Origin: a virus
Lineage: Duplodnaviria > Caudoviricetes
Virus record (IMG/VR): IMGVR_UViG_3300032212_000059
Span: 1 to 39,546 of that record
Reading direction: 5' to 3' (one strand)
Length of the DNA: 39,546 bases
In this document: positions 1-7,950 of the stretch, piece by piece
Position numbering within the stretch: position 1 is the first letter of the stretch
Layout of the letters: every line of letters begins with the position of its first letter
The notes under the pieces: generated by a model
The model's input: only the letters and a program-made list of their open reading frames with translations
Told to the model about the DNA's origin: nothing
The model's database searches: none
Program-made: the position numbers and the translations under genes

Positions 1-127
1 CTGCATGGAACTTGAAGCGTCGATTATATGTAGGGCGCTTCACAAACAAGAACAGCAGTGCCGGCAAACCTTTTCGAAGTTTGTTCACATCCCATATGCC
101 ATGCGTACCACTAACAATGCCAGAGAA
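1..127. repeat. Terminal direct repeat (circular assembly overlap), identical to 39420-39546
   Basis: 127 nt exact match between the two ends; a reading frame continues across the join. Confidence 0.97.
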
Positions 128-631
128 GTACTTGCCATGTGTCTTTGATCCAGAACGTGATCGCTGATAGATGTCACGCTGAGCACCCAAGCCTGACAAT
201 ATCTTTTGAATCATTCCGTTTGTAACGTTACCGAACTTGTTCAGCTTCATTGTTCTGCTAGGCACAGCATACATACCAGAAGGCATCTGCCCCCTGCTGA
301 TAAGCAGCTTCTCAAAGCCTTTATAACTACGCCCACCACCTTCCATCTGCTCTTTCAAATACTTAACCGCAGCATTACCCTTGATTGCCTCATCTTTGAT
401 CTTTACAACTGCAACCAGCTTTGATTTGCGTGCAGGCAACACATAAAGAGAATTGAGCGTGTATCGAGTAGGACGATCAAACACCCTTGTCATCTCTATA
501 CGCTCATCCTTCTTAATATCTTGAGCTGTTTTAGTTAACGACTTAGCAATAGCAAAAGGAATTTGTTTCTGAACCTTATCTAAATATCGCTCAGTATTAC
601 TGATATCAACACTGATACTCAGACCGATCAT
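1..631 (-). CDS. 5' part of a 236-aa basic phage protein spanning the circular join (continues to 39340); gpZ-like tail completion candidate
   Basis: Not in the ORF track. ATG at 631 overlaps the stop of 628..1008 (ATGA). Reads MIGLSISVDISNTERYLDKVQKQIPFAIAKSLTKTAQDIKKDERIEMTRVFDRPTRYTLNSLYV..., open through the join to TGA at 39340-39342. Confidence 0.85.
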   Translation of the reverse strand, partial: MIGLSISVDISNTERYLDKVQKQIPFAIAKSLTKTAQDIKKDERIEMTRVFDRPTRYTLNSLYVLPARKSKLVAVVKIKDEAIKGNAAVKYLKEQMEGGGRSYKGFEKLLISRGQMPSGMYAVPSRTMKLNKFGNVTNGMIQKILSGLGAQRDIYQRSRSGSKTHGKYFSGIVSGTHGIWDVNKLRKGLPALLFLFVKRPTYNRRFKFHA

Positions 632-1008
632 GAACTAATCACAGCACCAGCTATTGTCACAGGAAAGTGCCAGCTGTTATCTTCATTACCACCACTCTGA
701 CCGGGATCATCTACCGAGACCTCAACCAACGCACTACCGGATTTAATATTTTTAACTGTGTCGCTATCAGTCACACCAGACACCTGTGACTCTTTAGGTA
801 TATTCACCCGAACAATACCGTTAGGCCAATCATTACCAGCATCAGCAGACGCAATCGTGACCTCATCACTCATTCGATATTGTTTATCCTGATCAACAAT
901 AGCAACCTTTAAAATAGTGCTCGCCCCAATAGGCACAGCCGTACCACCACGGGTTAGCGTGATCTCATTTCCAAAGTCATCACCAATATTAATTACAGGC
1001 AATGCCAT
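628..1008 (-). CDS. Putative virion adaptor protein, beta-rich (BppU-N/Ig-like candidate)
   Basis: 126 aa, translationally coupled to both neighbours; N-terminal I-x-x-G-D-D pattern and alternating beta-strand hydrophobicity; last of the fibre cassette. Confidence 0.55.
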   Translation of the reverse strand: MALPVINIGDDFGNEITLTRGGTAVPIGASTILKVAIVDQDKQYRMSDEVTIASADAGNDWPNGIVRVNIPKESQVSGVTDSDTVKNIKSGSALVEVSVDDPGQSGGNEDNSWHFPVTIAGAVISS

Positions 1009-1367
1009 TAAACTGGATCCGCAAACTCAATATCCCATGCCGGTACAGTCACAGTACCACCAGAGGTTAATGCTTGTGATGTGCAGGTTGTCACATAGAT
1101 ACTTGTAAGATCATCGATAACGACATGCGTTGCTGTACCTGATGACGCAATGCTGATAGCCGCTTGCTGTGCTACCGTTAACTTACGCCCACTCGTGTCA
1201 CCATTCGCCTTAGTGAAGTCGACACCACTGATCGCTACACTTGCTAATGTAACAGCAGCAACGCCCGCTTTGTTTGCAGGTTGTGCTGAGCATACAGACA
1301 GCAATACGCAACCATCGATTGCATCCAGACCACCATCAAGCAATAAATCATCAACTGCTTTAACCAT
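1008..1367 (-). CDS. Putative small virion fibre/structural subunit
   Basis: 119 aa, Ala/Thr/Gly/Val rich, SGTATHV motif typical of small phage structural beta proteins; coupled to neighbours. Confidence 0.6.
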   Translation of the reverse strand: MVKAVDDLLLDGGLDAIDGCVLLSVCSAQPANKAGVAAVTLASVAISGVDFTKANGDTSGRKLTVAQQAAISIASSGTATHVVIDDLTSIYVTTCTSQALTSGGTVTVPAWDIEFADPV

Positions 1368-1603
1368 TAGCCTGCCTCACTCGCTTTATGACCATGCAAT
1401 GTTGAATCAGCAATCACTTCACTGTGATGAATATCACGCTGATTATCTTTAACGCCCTCAATACTCACCCAACCTGCACGATGAAATGCCATCACATGCT
1501 CTTCCGTCATATCATCAAAGTCGTCTGAATCATGCGTATTGTTTTCTTTAAGGCGAACAGCACCGTGCAAGAACCCACCAGGTTCAATTACTTTAAATTC
1601 CAT
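1367..1603 (-). CDS. Hypothetical protein ending in one copy of the HxH fibre repeat
   Basis: 78 aa; C-terminus VIADSTLHGHKASEAG matches the repeat of 1612..3210. Confidence 0.75.
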   Translation of the reverse strand: MEFKVIEPGGFLHGAVRLKENNTHDSDDFDDMTEEHVMAFHRAGWVSIEGVKDNQRDIHHSEVIADSTLHGHKASEAG

Positions 1604-1611
1604 AACAAATC

Positions 1612-3210
1612 CTAATTAAATGTTACTCGACGTATCTCATTAGCTACTTCAACCAACCGGCTCTCATCAACAACCAGTACCGTTCTGTTTTCATTAGCCA
1701 CAACCACCACCCGGTCACCCGTAACAGGAGCCGCGCCAGTGTTTAATAAAATGTTATCTACGAGGTGCGCATGAAGCGCACTATCAACAGCAAGAATATT
1801 TGCCTGAACTAAATCTAAGTTATCGACACCGTGACCGTGCACAGCATCTTGTACACTCAGTACGTTAGCCTGAGTTAAATCCACATTATCAATCGTATGG
1901 CCATGCAACGCGTCTTGCACAACCAGCACTGTTGACACATCGAGCGATAAGTTATCGACCGCGTGTGTATGCAGCGCATCATTAACCGCCAGCACATTCG
2001 CCTGGACTAAATCAACACCATCAACCTGATGACCATGCAGTGCATCATCAACCAACAATACATTCGCCTGCAGCAAATCTAAATTATCAACCGAATGAGA
2101 ATGCAACACCGAATCAACCGACAAAATAACCGCTGTTTGCAGCACCACACTATCAACACTGTTCGCATGCAAAGTATCATCAACTACCAGCGTGTTCGCC
2201 TGAACCAATACAGGGCTGTCAACAGTATGACCATGTAAACAGTTTTGAACAGTTAAAGTAGCACCACCAGCCACAGACCCAAAAGCCCCGCAATCCCATG
2301 TTGCGCCTCTTGATGCGCCTATAATATCTATACTAAAAGGCCATGTGGCATCTGATGTTAAATCAGTACCATTACCAATTGCGCCCGTATCGCCACTATC
2401 AAGCGAGTAATCATCATTAGCTGAATCGGTATAAGTAAAAGTTTGCGACCATTTATTGCCGCTTGATCCGGCAGTATAAGCATCGCCTGCTACAGATTGG
2501 CTGTGCGTGTTATTAATACCGACCGCGACTGTTCCGCCGTATGTCAAGATTGCATCTGCCGTATCGATTATATTATTGGTTAAATAGCAGGTAGTATTAT
2601 CTCTTAGAATACAACGACCAAGAATCGTATTGTTGTATAGATAGGTATCTATTGATGTACTGTTATGGTCATAAACTGATGTTGTTCCGGGGTCTAAAAC
2701 ACAATTACGGTACAAATAAGTACCAGTGTATGCCCCGCCATCATTAATAACACCCGATGTGTTGCCAGTATCTGCATTATTAATAATGCACCGATCAACC
2801 CTTATATCGATTCCGCTTGCATTCCACGATTGCGCAAGCGCAATTGACGAAGATGTATAAGTACTTTCAATCTGTACATCCTCTATTCTAAGGTGTTCTG
2901 CATAGTTCAATACAGACCGAGAAGTACTGGATGCAGAAAACCCAGTGACACCATATATACCACTTGCCTCCTGTCCAGAAGCTGCTTTTATTGTTAAATA
3001 ATTAGATGCGCCAGTTGTAAACCCATTGAGCAAGCACTGAGTTGCGCTCACCTCAAAACCCGTCACAAAAAGAGTATGCGTATCTCCGTCAGTAACAAGG
3101 TTTGTGCCCTCGTTCGCCTCCCATTCAATCCAACTACCATAAGGATCTATCTCTGTACCCGCCCCTCCCGGGGCAGCAGCAGCATCTGTATATGTCGACT
3201 GAGCTGGCAT
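1612..3210 (-). CDS. Putative fibre/adhesin: N-terminal pectin-lyase-like beta-helix, eight 22-aa HxH repeats, C-terminal R-x-V-x-V-x-x-E repeats
   Basis: 532 aa; Asn-ladder strings (YRNCV, LYNNTI, LTNNII), DIIGASR...WDCGAF helix-closing motif, repeat region with 66-nt period. Confidence 0.75.
   Translation of the reverse strand: MPAQSTYTDAAAAPGGAGTEIDPYGSWIEWEANEGTNLVTDGDTHTLFVTGFEVSATQCLLNGFTTGASNYLTIKAASGQEASGIYGVTGFSASSTSRSVLNYAEHLRIEDVQIESTYTSSSIALAQSWNASGIDIRVDRCIINNADTGNTSGVINDGGAYTGTYLYRNCVLDPGTTSVYDHNSTSIDTYLYNNTILGRCILRDNTTCYLTNNIIDTADAILTYGGTVAVGINNTHSQSVAGDAYTAGSSGNKWSQTFTYTDSANDDYSLDSGDTGAIGNGTDLTSDATWPFSIDIIGASRGATWDCGAFGSVAGGATLTVQNCLHGHTVDSPVLVQANTLVVDDTLHANSVDSVVLQTAVILSVDSVLHSHSVDNLDLLQANVLLVDDALHGHQVDGVDLVQANVLAVNDALHTHAVDNLSLDVSTVLVVQDALHGHTIDNVDLTQANVLSVQDAVHGHGVDNLDLVQANILAVDSALHAHLVDNILLNTGAAPVTGDRVVVVANENRTVLVVDESRLVEVANEIRRVTFN
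1745..2260 (-). repeat. Eight tandem 66-nt (22-aa) coding repeats, consensus LHxHxVDNxDLxQANVLxVxDA
   Basis: LHGH, LHAN, LHSH, LHGH, LHTH, LHGH, VHGH, LHAH spaced exactly 22 aa apart. Confidence 0.95.
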
Positions 3211-3647
3211 TAAACAATATCACTATCTAACAATAACCGATCTTCACTTTTCTTCTTCAAGAAAGCTTTAAGCTGGCCCCACGTAATTGTTGTATATTTT
3301 TGATTTAATAACTCATCAACATTAGGAGTAGTCATAGTACCTAAGGCAAAACCCCAGTCTCGCACTTTATCAACTGAGCCAATAACATCTTCACGAGGCT
3401 TACACAAAACCCTGTTATATTTAACAATGGTTGCTGACGGCTCATTATCGACAAAAATAAAACCCAGTCTTGGCGATGCAACAGGTAAGTTATTAGGCAC
3501 CCATTCATTACCAACTTTATTAGCCCAAGGTGATGGAGAATAAACCTTTACAATATCACCATCGATAAATTTCCTTGAATTTTTTGCAAAATCCAAAAAA
3601 ACATTAGACTCATTAATCATTACTTGCAATGCCAGCGCCACGAACAC
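3210..3647 (-). CDS. Hypothetical protein, probable partner or chaperone of the downstream beta-helix fibre
   Basis: 145 aa, stop overlaps the fibre start; AT-rich like the fibre head region. Confidence 0.7.
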   Translation of the reverse strand: MFVALALQVMINESNVFLDFAKNSRKFIDGDIVKVYSPSPWANKVGNEWVPNNLPVASPRLGFIFVDNEPSATIVKYNRVLCKPREDVIGSVDKVRDWGFALGTMTTPNVDELLNQKYTTITWGQLKAFLKKKSEDRLLLDSDIV

Positions 3648-3655
3648 CTACCTAT

Positions 3656-3898
3656 TCAATCTTTCTTTTTCATCAGCTGCTTTTTAAATTCTTTAAATTC
3701 TCTGTCTTGTTCAGCCATTGTTGCTTTGTGCTTTATATCAACACGTGTGCGATAAATTTGCAGCGCCAAACCACAAACACCTAAAAACACACCAATGATC
3801 ACACCCCAGTCATGAGAGGTAAGGCCACTGACAACAGCCACACCACCACCACCTACAGTTACATTCGGCCCAACCTTATCAAGCATCACGTTTCCCAT
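3656..3898 (-). CDS. Holin-like membrane protein (phage 21 S/HP1-like)
   Basis: 80 aa; SGLTSHDWGVIIGVFLGVCGLALQIY transmembrane segment and basic C-terminal tail; in the lysis cassette. Confidence 0.7.
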   Translation of the reverse strand: MGNVMLDKVGPNVTVGGGGVAVVSGLTSHDWGVIIGVFLGVCGLALQIYRTRVDIKHKATMAEQDREFKEFKKQLMKKKD

Positions 3899-4116
3899 TA
3901 GTGAGTTGTTTTAATTATGTTCGTTAATGTATTAATTCGGTTTTCCTGCAGCCGGTCGCGTGTTGCTAATCGGTTCAGCGGATCAGTTGCCAGGCATTCG
4001 AGTTCAGCTGCTTTTATTTTCGGTAACTGCAATTCATCCGGCAAAGGCAGCTTTGTAATGTGACTACTGCAGCTACTCAAAGCGATGCAAATCAGAATGC
4101 CTATTAATCGGTTCAT
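3898..4116 (-). CDS. o-spanin (Rz1-like lipoprotein)
   Basis: Start reassigned to MNRLIGILICIALSSC (lipobox LSSC); Pro-rich mature part; overlaps the 3' end of the i-spanin. Confidence 0.8.
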   Translation of the reverse strand: MNRLIGILICIALSSCSSHITKLPLPDELQLPKIKAAELECLATDPLNRLATRDRLQENRINTLTNIIKTTH

Positions 4117-4297
4117 CTTTAATTGCCTGTTCTGCCTCTTTATCATCCAACACCACATTCATAGCGTTAGCTTCAATTTTTAAATCATCAATTTCACGCT
4201 GCTGCAACTTACTCTCAGCGCGATGACTGCGGTACATAAACACAGCCGCAACTAAACCCAAAACAAACAACAATGCTGTTTTAAGTTTACTTAACAC
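4073..4297 (-). CDS. i-spanin (Rz-like)
   Basis: Start reassigned to GTG at 4297; one N-terminal transmembrane segment (TALLFVLGLVAAVFMY) followed by a coiled coil. Confidence 0.75.
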   Translation of the reverse strand: MLSKLKTALLFVLGLVAAVFMYRSHRAESKLQQREIDDLKIEANAMNVVLDDKEAEQAIKDEPINRHSDLHRFE

Positions 4298-4484
4298 CCA
4301 CAGGGCCTGTCGTTTTCTTGCGTAAAAATGCCAGTGCCATCGAGCAGCCCAACATAATCCAACCGTAAGCATCACCCAGTTGCTCTTGCACCATCGGCAA
4401 ATTAGCTTGGGCCGCACTCAGCAAACCCATAAAGGCCGCAAGATCATAAGTGCGCGATTTTTTAATAATACCGTTGTAAGTCAT
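4287..4484 (-). CDS. Second holin-like two-TM protein
   Basis: ATG at 4484 overlaps the endolysin stop; KSRT...two hydrophobic helices...LRKKTTGPV. Confidence 0.65.
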   Translation of the reverse strand: MTYNGIIKKSRTYDLAAFMGLLSAAQANLPMVQEQLGDAYGWIMLGCSMALAFLRKKTTGPVGVK

Positions 4485-4900
4485 AAATCCACCGAACCAA
4501 CCCACTGCCCCACTTCAAAACAAGGGCAGTCTTTACGATCATCCAGATCACGATGACCAACAATATCAACATCAGGAAAAATCAAACGAAAAGACTTTAA
4601 TAATTCATATAGCGACTGATATTGAACACCTAAAAAATTCTCAGCAGGCTCACCCTCATCAGACAAACCACCCACCAAGCAAATACCAACACTGTCGGTA
4701 TTGTGACCACGACAGTGCGCACCGATCACATCGATAGCACGACCTTGTTCAATTTCACCATCGCGCTTAATAACAAAGTGATAACCAATATCAGACCAAC
4801 TACGCTCTTCAACATGCCACTTACGAATTAACGCAGCATCAACATCCATACTTGGCTTAGTAGCCGAACAATGAACAATGACCCTATCGATATCACGCAT
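4481..4900 (-). CDS. Endolysin, N-acetylmuramoyl-L-alanine amidase (T7 gp3.5-like)
   Basis: IVHCSAT, WSDIGYHFVI, GAHCRGHN, GICLVGG, GHRDL, KDCPCF motifs. Confidence 0.95.
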   Translation of the reverse strand: MRDIDRVIVHCSATKPSMDVDAALIRKWHVEERSWSDIGYHFVIKRDGEIEQGRAIDVIGAHCRGHNTDSVGICLVGGLSDEGEPAENFLGVQYQSLYELLKSFRLIFPDVDIVGHRDLDDRKDCPCFEVGQWVGSVDL

Positions 4901-4911
4901 AAATCACCAAT

Positions 4912-4945
4912 AAAAAAGACCGGTCGCCATTACGCGTTACCGGTC
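4912..4945 (-). terminator. Intrinsic terminator 3 of the late leader
   Basis: GACCGGT-14nt-ACCGGTC followed by T6 on the minus strand. Confidence 0.7.
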
Positions 4946-5036
4946 TGCTGTCGGGCGTGCCGACCAAGGCACATTGTTGCTCGCGTTATACGAGAGATGG
5001 ATCACCCCCTACCTAACGAACGGAACAAACTGGAAT

Positions 5037-5080
5037 AAAAACCCCCGGCATAAATGCGACTGAGAGAAACCGCGCCGGGG
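5037..5080 (-). terminator. Intrinsic terminator 2 of the late leader
   Basis: CCCCGGC...GCCGGGG stem followed by G then T5. Confidence 0.65.
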
Positions 5081-5134
5081 TCAACAACCAAAATGGAGTC
5101 TTACATGAAGCAACCTGTTATTTATTCCAGACAT

Positions 5135-5167
5135 AAAAAAAGCCCTGCTGGGGAAGCAAGGCTTTTT
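5135..5167 (-). terminator. tR'-like intrinsic terminator 1 of the late leader
   Basis: AAAAAGCCTTGC-TTCCCCA-GCAGGGCTTTTTTT. Confidence 0.85.
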
Positions 5168-5196
5168 CGTAAAGTCAGAAATAACAAGTTAAGCTA

Positions 5197-5226
5197 TTTA
5201 TACAACTAACGGGTTAACCCCGTCAA
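5197..5226 (-). promoter_or_regulatory. pR'-like late promoter
   Basis: TTGACG-18nt-TATAAA immediately after the Q stop; the spacer holds the palindrome GGGTTAACCC (possible Q-binding element). Confidence 0.7.
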
Positions 5227-5232
5227 TAGTTT

Positions 5233-5598
5233 TTATGCAATTTTTTTATTGATCTTATAAAAATACAAAGCATCGAGCCATGATTCTGCTTTTTGTTTTT
5301 CAATTTTATAACTCGACTTTGACAACTTTAATTTTTTAGCCACTTCAAAAATAGGCAACTGCCAGTAGTAATAATAATACAACGACTCATACCAACTCTG
5401 ATTACGATCCCGCAATTCATTCATGCACTGCTCAACAAGTTCAGCCACATCCTCATCATAAACAACAGAAGTTCCACATGGAACAATCACAAAGTTAGTT
5501 TTAGTCGGGTAACCTAACTTAGGTAAATTAATATCACGTGACCAGTCACCCCACATTACCAAACACTTTTTAATTTCTTCTAAATCATCACGCGGCAT
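5233..5598 (-). CDS. Q: Late antitermination protein Q-like
   Basis: Start reassigned to MPRDDLEE; L-x-x-WG-x-W, LGYP and C-terminal HTH (EVAKKLKLS...KAESWLD); lies upstream of promoter, terminators and lysis genes. Confidence 0.8.
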   Translation of the reverse strand: MPRDDLEEIKKCLVMWGDWSRDINLPKLGYPTKTNFVIVPCGTSVVYDEDVAELVEQCMNELRDRNQSWYESLYYYYYWQLPIFEVAKKLKLSKSSYKIEKQKAESWLDALYFYKINKKIA

Positions 5599-5833
5599 TT
5601 TTATTCCCCTGTTCAAAATGTTGCTCACAAAACTGCTTAGCCTTTTCTGCCTTCTCTTGATCACTGCCATGACTAAATGCAGCAACCACTCTGTGCGGCC
5701 ACTTAAACAGCCTGTCGCCTTCAGCGACCGGTAGCCACACCACATAAACCAAATTACCTTTTACACCCAGCGCTTCTACAAAATAACCAACATCAGACTG
5801 CCAGCGAATTTTGTTGATTTTCTGCCAGTTCAT
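5588..5833 (-). CDS. Hypothetical protein
   Basis: 81 aa, coupled to neighbours in the pR operon. Confidence 0.7.
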   Translation of the reverse strand: MNWQKINKIRWQSDVGYFVEALGVKGNLVYVVWLPVAEGDRLFKWPHRVVAAFSHGSDQEKAEKAKQFCEQHFEQGNKNAA

Positions 5834-6192
5834 TAGGACGGATTACCCACAATCTTTTTTAATTCCTGAATCGCCTTATAACCAGCCCCTTCACGAGAGT
5901 AATCAATCTTAGGAGCCGGCAACCGTTTAAACTCCCTATGCGCTGCCTTTGGCGTCATATCCGCGAGAGCTTCTAAACAAAACCTTAAAAACTCCTGCAA
6001 TTCAGGAGGCCACTTATCCGGCAGCATTAAGCATTTTGATAGCGCAACATCAATTGCCGCATCCAGCTTCTCATGCGGCAATACAGAGAGCTTTCGCTTC
6101 CATTTATCAAACTCCAGCTCACCAACCAGACCGAGCTTCATTTCTGCTTTAGTGCCATAAAGATCATGAAACTCGCCCCACAACCTCACCAT
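5833..6192 (-). CDS. Replication protein P-like (helicase loader candidate)
   Basis: WPPELQEFLRFC motif; follows the initiator; start uncertain (6192 or 6315). Confidence 0.6.
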   Translation of the reverse strand: MVRLWGEFHDLYGTKAEMKLGLVGELEFDKWKRKLSVLPHEKLDAAIDVALSKCLMLPDKWPPELQEFLRFCLEALADMTPKAAHREFKRLPAPKIDYSREGAGYKAIQELKKIVGNPS

Positions 6193-7063
6193 CGATAATT
6201 CGACCACCTGAACCACTGTCTTCTGGTTCACCGATACCGACCGATCTGAGATAGGCATCTGCTGCCTCTTGATTTTTTTCAGCACTGGATTTGCGAACTG
6301 ATTTATCGGGTCCATTACTCTTCTCCGGATTCAAAGATTTTTGTTTCAACTGCCTAACAATAGGATCTAAATATTTCACACCAAACGATTTTCCGTCCTG
6401 CACATTCATTGCACGACCAATTGCTTCACTTAAAAGATCTGAACTGATACCAATCGACAACCACTCAGATAAAACCTTTCTTGAATCTGTTCTGTTTATC
6501 CAGTTAACAGGCATCACTGTACCCAGTACTTCATAGAGCTGCTGCATCGTAGTATATTTATCTATATATCCGGATACCGGAGGTGGGTTCATCCTATCGG
6601 GTGTTGGTGTTTCATCCTCTGTTTTGTTATTGGTTGCTGATGATTCATAACTGCTTTGATTCTCTTTGTTTTTTTCTGGTCGCTGCTCTTCTTTTTTTTC
6701 GGTTTCTGCCTTGGTTGTTCCTCGGCTCATCCTGTTTTGAACGGACTTGTCCGACTCACTTAAAAGCAACTCAAAAACAAAGGGACCAATATCACTCCTG
6801 CGTTTCATCAAACCTATTTTTTCCAACCGGTTTAAATGATTACGGATCTTACCTCGGGTAAATTTCTCAGGCCGGTGCCTGCCTGGTATTAATGCAATAT
6901 CCATAAGGTCAATAAAAAAACCCTCATTAATTCGATAACTAAAACCACTAACGCCAGTTTTAAAATCCATTACCCGTCGTAATGCGCAATACACTTTTAA
7001 TAAATCCGAGGGTTCATCAAAAAGAAGATCCCACTCATCATCATTAATCAAAAATGCTGTCAC
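6164..7063 (-). CDS. Replication initiator (O-like position)
   Basis: 299 aa; N-terminal winged-helix-like region (IRNHLNRLEKIGLM), low-complexity linker, C-terminal helical domain (GVKYLDPIV). Confidence 0.7.
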   Translation of the reverse strand: MTAFLINDDEWDLLFDEPSDLLKVYCALRRVMDFKTGVSGFSYRINEGFFIDLMDIALIPGRHRPEKFTRGKIRNHLNRLEKIGLMKRRSDIGPFVFELLLSESDKSVQNRMSRGTTKAETEKKEEQRPEKNKENQSSYESSATNNKTEDETPTPDRMNPPPVSGYIDKYTTMQQLYEVLGTVMPVNWINRTDSRKVLSEWLSIGISSDLLSEAIGRAMNVQDGKSFGVKYLDPIVRQLKQKSLNPEKSNGPDKSVRKSSAEKNQEAADAYLRSVGIGEPEDSGSGGRIIDGEVVGRVS

Positions 7064-7326
7064 GCAGCCACCCGTCCCGTTAACGTCATCACCATAATAT
7101 TTGTCTGCGCATCAGTGGCGCTCAGCAGCCCCACATCGGGCAAACAACACACCATTACATACTTGCACTGCATAAAGTCTGCATGCTGCTGTGGTGTAAA
7201 ATCAGCCACGTACTCGCGCAGCATTTGCAGTTGTTCAGGTGTTAAATCAGTTTTACCTTCACCCAGCTCAACCGCTATTTTTATTAAATCGTCCAACTGA
7301 TCTAAATTAATGATCACCATGCCCAA
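7060..7326 (-). CDS. Hypothetical protein
   Basis: 88 aa, stop overlaps the initiator start (GTGA). Confidence 0.65.
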   Translation of the reverse strand: MGMVIINLDQLDDLIKIAVELGEGKTDLTPEQLQMLREYVADFTPQQHADFMQCKYVMVCCLPDVGLLSATDAQTNIMVMTLTGRVAA

Positions 7327-7528
7327 CTCCCTTTTTAGTTAACCGATAAAAATCATCCGGTGTCGTTCGTTCACGTAACTTCTTTAATGCCCGTTGTTCC
7401 AGTTGATGAATTGAATTGTGGTTACACAAACACACATCAGCAATATCTTTATGCGTTAATGTCTCGCCTGGTCGCTGCACAGCACACAGAACAGACAGGC
7501 CGATATCGATGTTGATGTTAACTGGCAT
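7307..7528 (-). CDS. Small sigma70 region-4-like HTH protein
   Basis: Start reassigned to MPVNINID; TLTHKDIADVC...IHQLEQRALKKLR fits the region-4 pattern. Confidence 0.75.
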   Translation of the reverse strand: MPVNINIDIGLSVLCAVQRPGETLTHKDIADVCLCNHNSIHQLEQRALKKLRERTTPDDFYRLTKKGVGHGDH

Positions 7529-7718
7529 TAAACAACTCAAACCCCTCAGAAAATGCCTCAAGGTATCGCCCGTTAAATTCAATAAACGACCACGGGTAAC
7601 CAGACAGCGTGTCATAAACCATCAGTGCTTCCTGCAAGGTCTCGTATTCACCACTAAACTTACACACTCGCTCTTGATGCTCACCGTCATACTTGCCAGC
7701 TAATACATGAAACCTCAT
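7518..7718 (-). CDS. Hypothetical protein
   Basis: Start reassigned to MRFHVLAGKY, directly after the stop of 7720..7950. Confidence 0.65.
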   Translation of the reverse strand: MRFHVLAGKYDGEHQERVCKFSGEYETLQEALMVYDTLSGYPWSFIEFNGRYLEAFSEGFELFNAS

Positions 7719-7719
7719 A

Positions 7720-7950
7720 TCACACCCTTCTAATCTCACCACGCATCTGCATGACACAAATACGAAGCTCTTTATATTCTGGTCCCTTAGCAGACGCATA
7801 ACTTTCAGAATTAACATCTGATTTACGCTCATCCCATTCGCCTCGACCACTTTTATTTCGAAGCCCAATCCAGTACTCAAAAGCCCAGTTATCAGAGCCA
7901 CTATCCACTGCGACTGTTACCGCTTGAACAAATCCACCCCACTCCATCAC
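7720..7950 (-). CDS. Hypothetical protein
   Basis: 76 aa, tightly packed in the operon. Confidence 0.6.
   Translation of the reverse strand: MMEWGGFVQAVTVAVDSGSDNWAFEYWIGLRNKSGRGEWDERKSDVNSESYASAKGPEYKELRICVMQMRGEIRRV

Noticed and set aside
1745-2260. CRISPR array or DGR template/variable repeat
   Set aside because: The repeats are degenerate, in-frame and coding, with no unique spacers; no reverse transcriptase or adenine-specific repeat pair was seen
6545-6730. Replication origin iterons inside the initiator gene
   Set aside because: An AT-rich patch and loose TGGTTG-like words are present, but I could not define a convincing repeated unit
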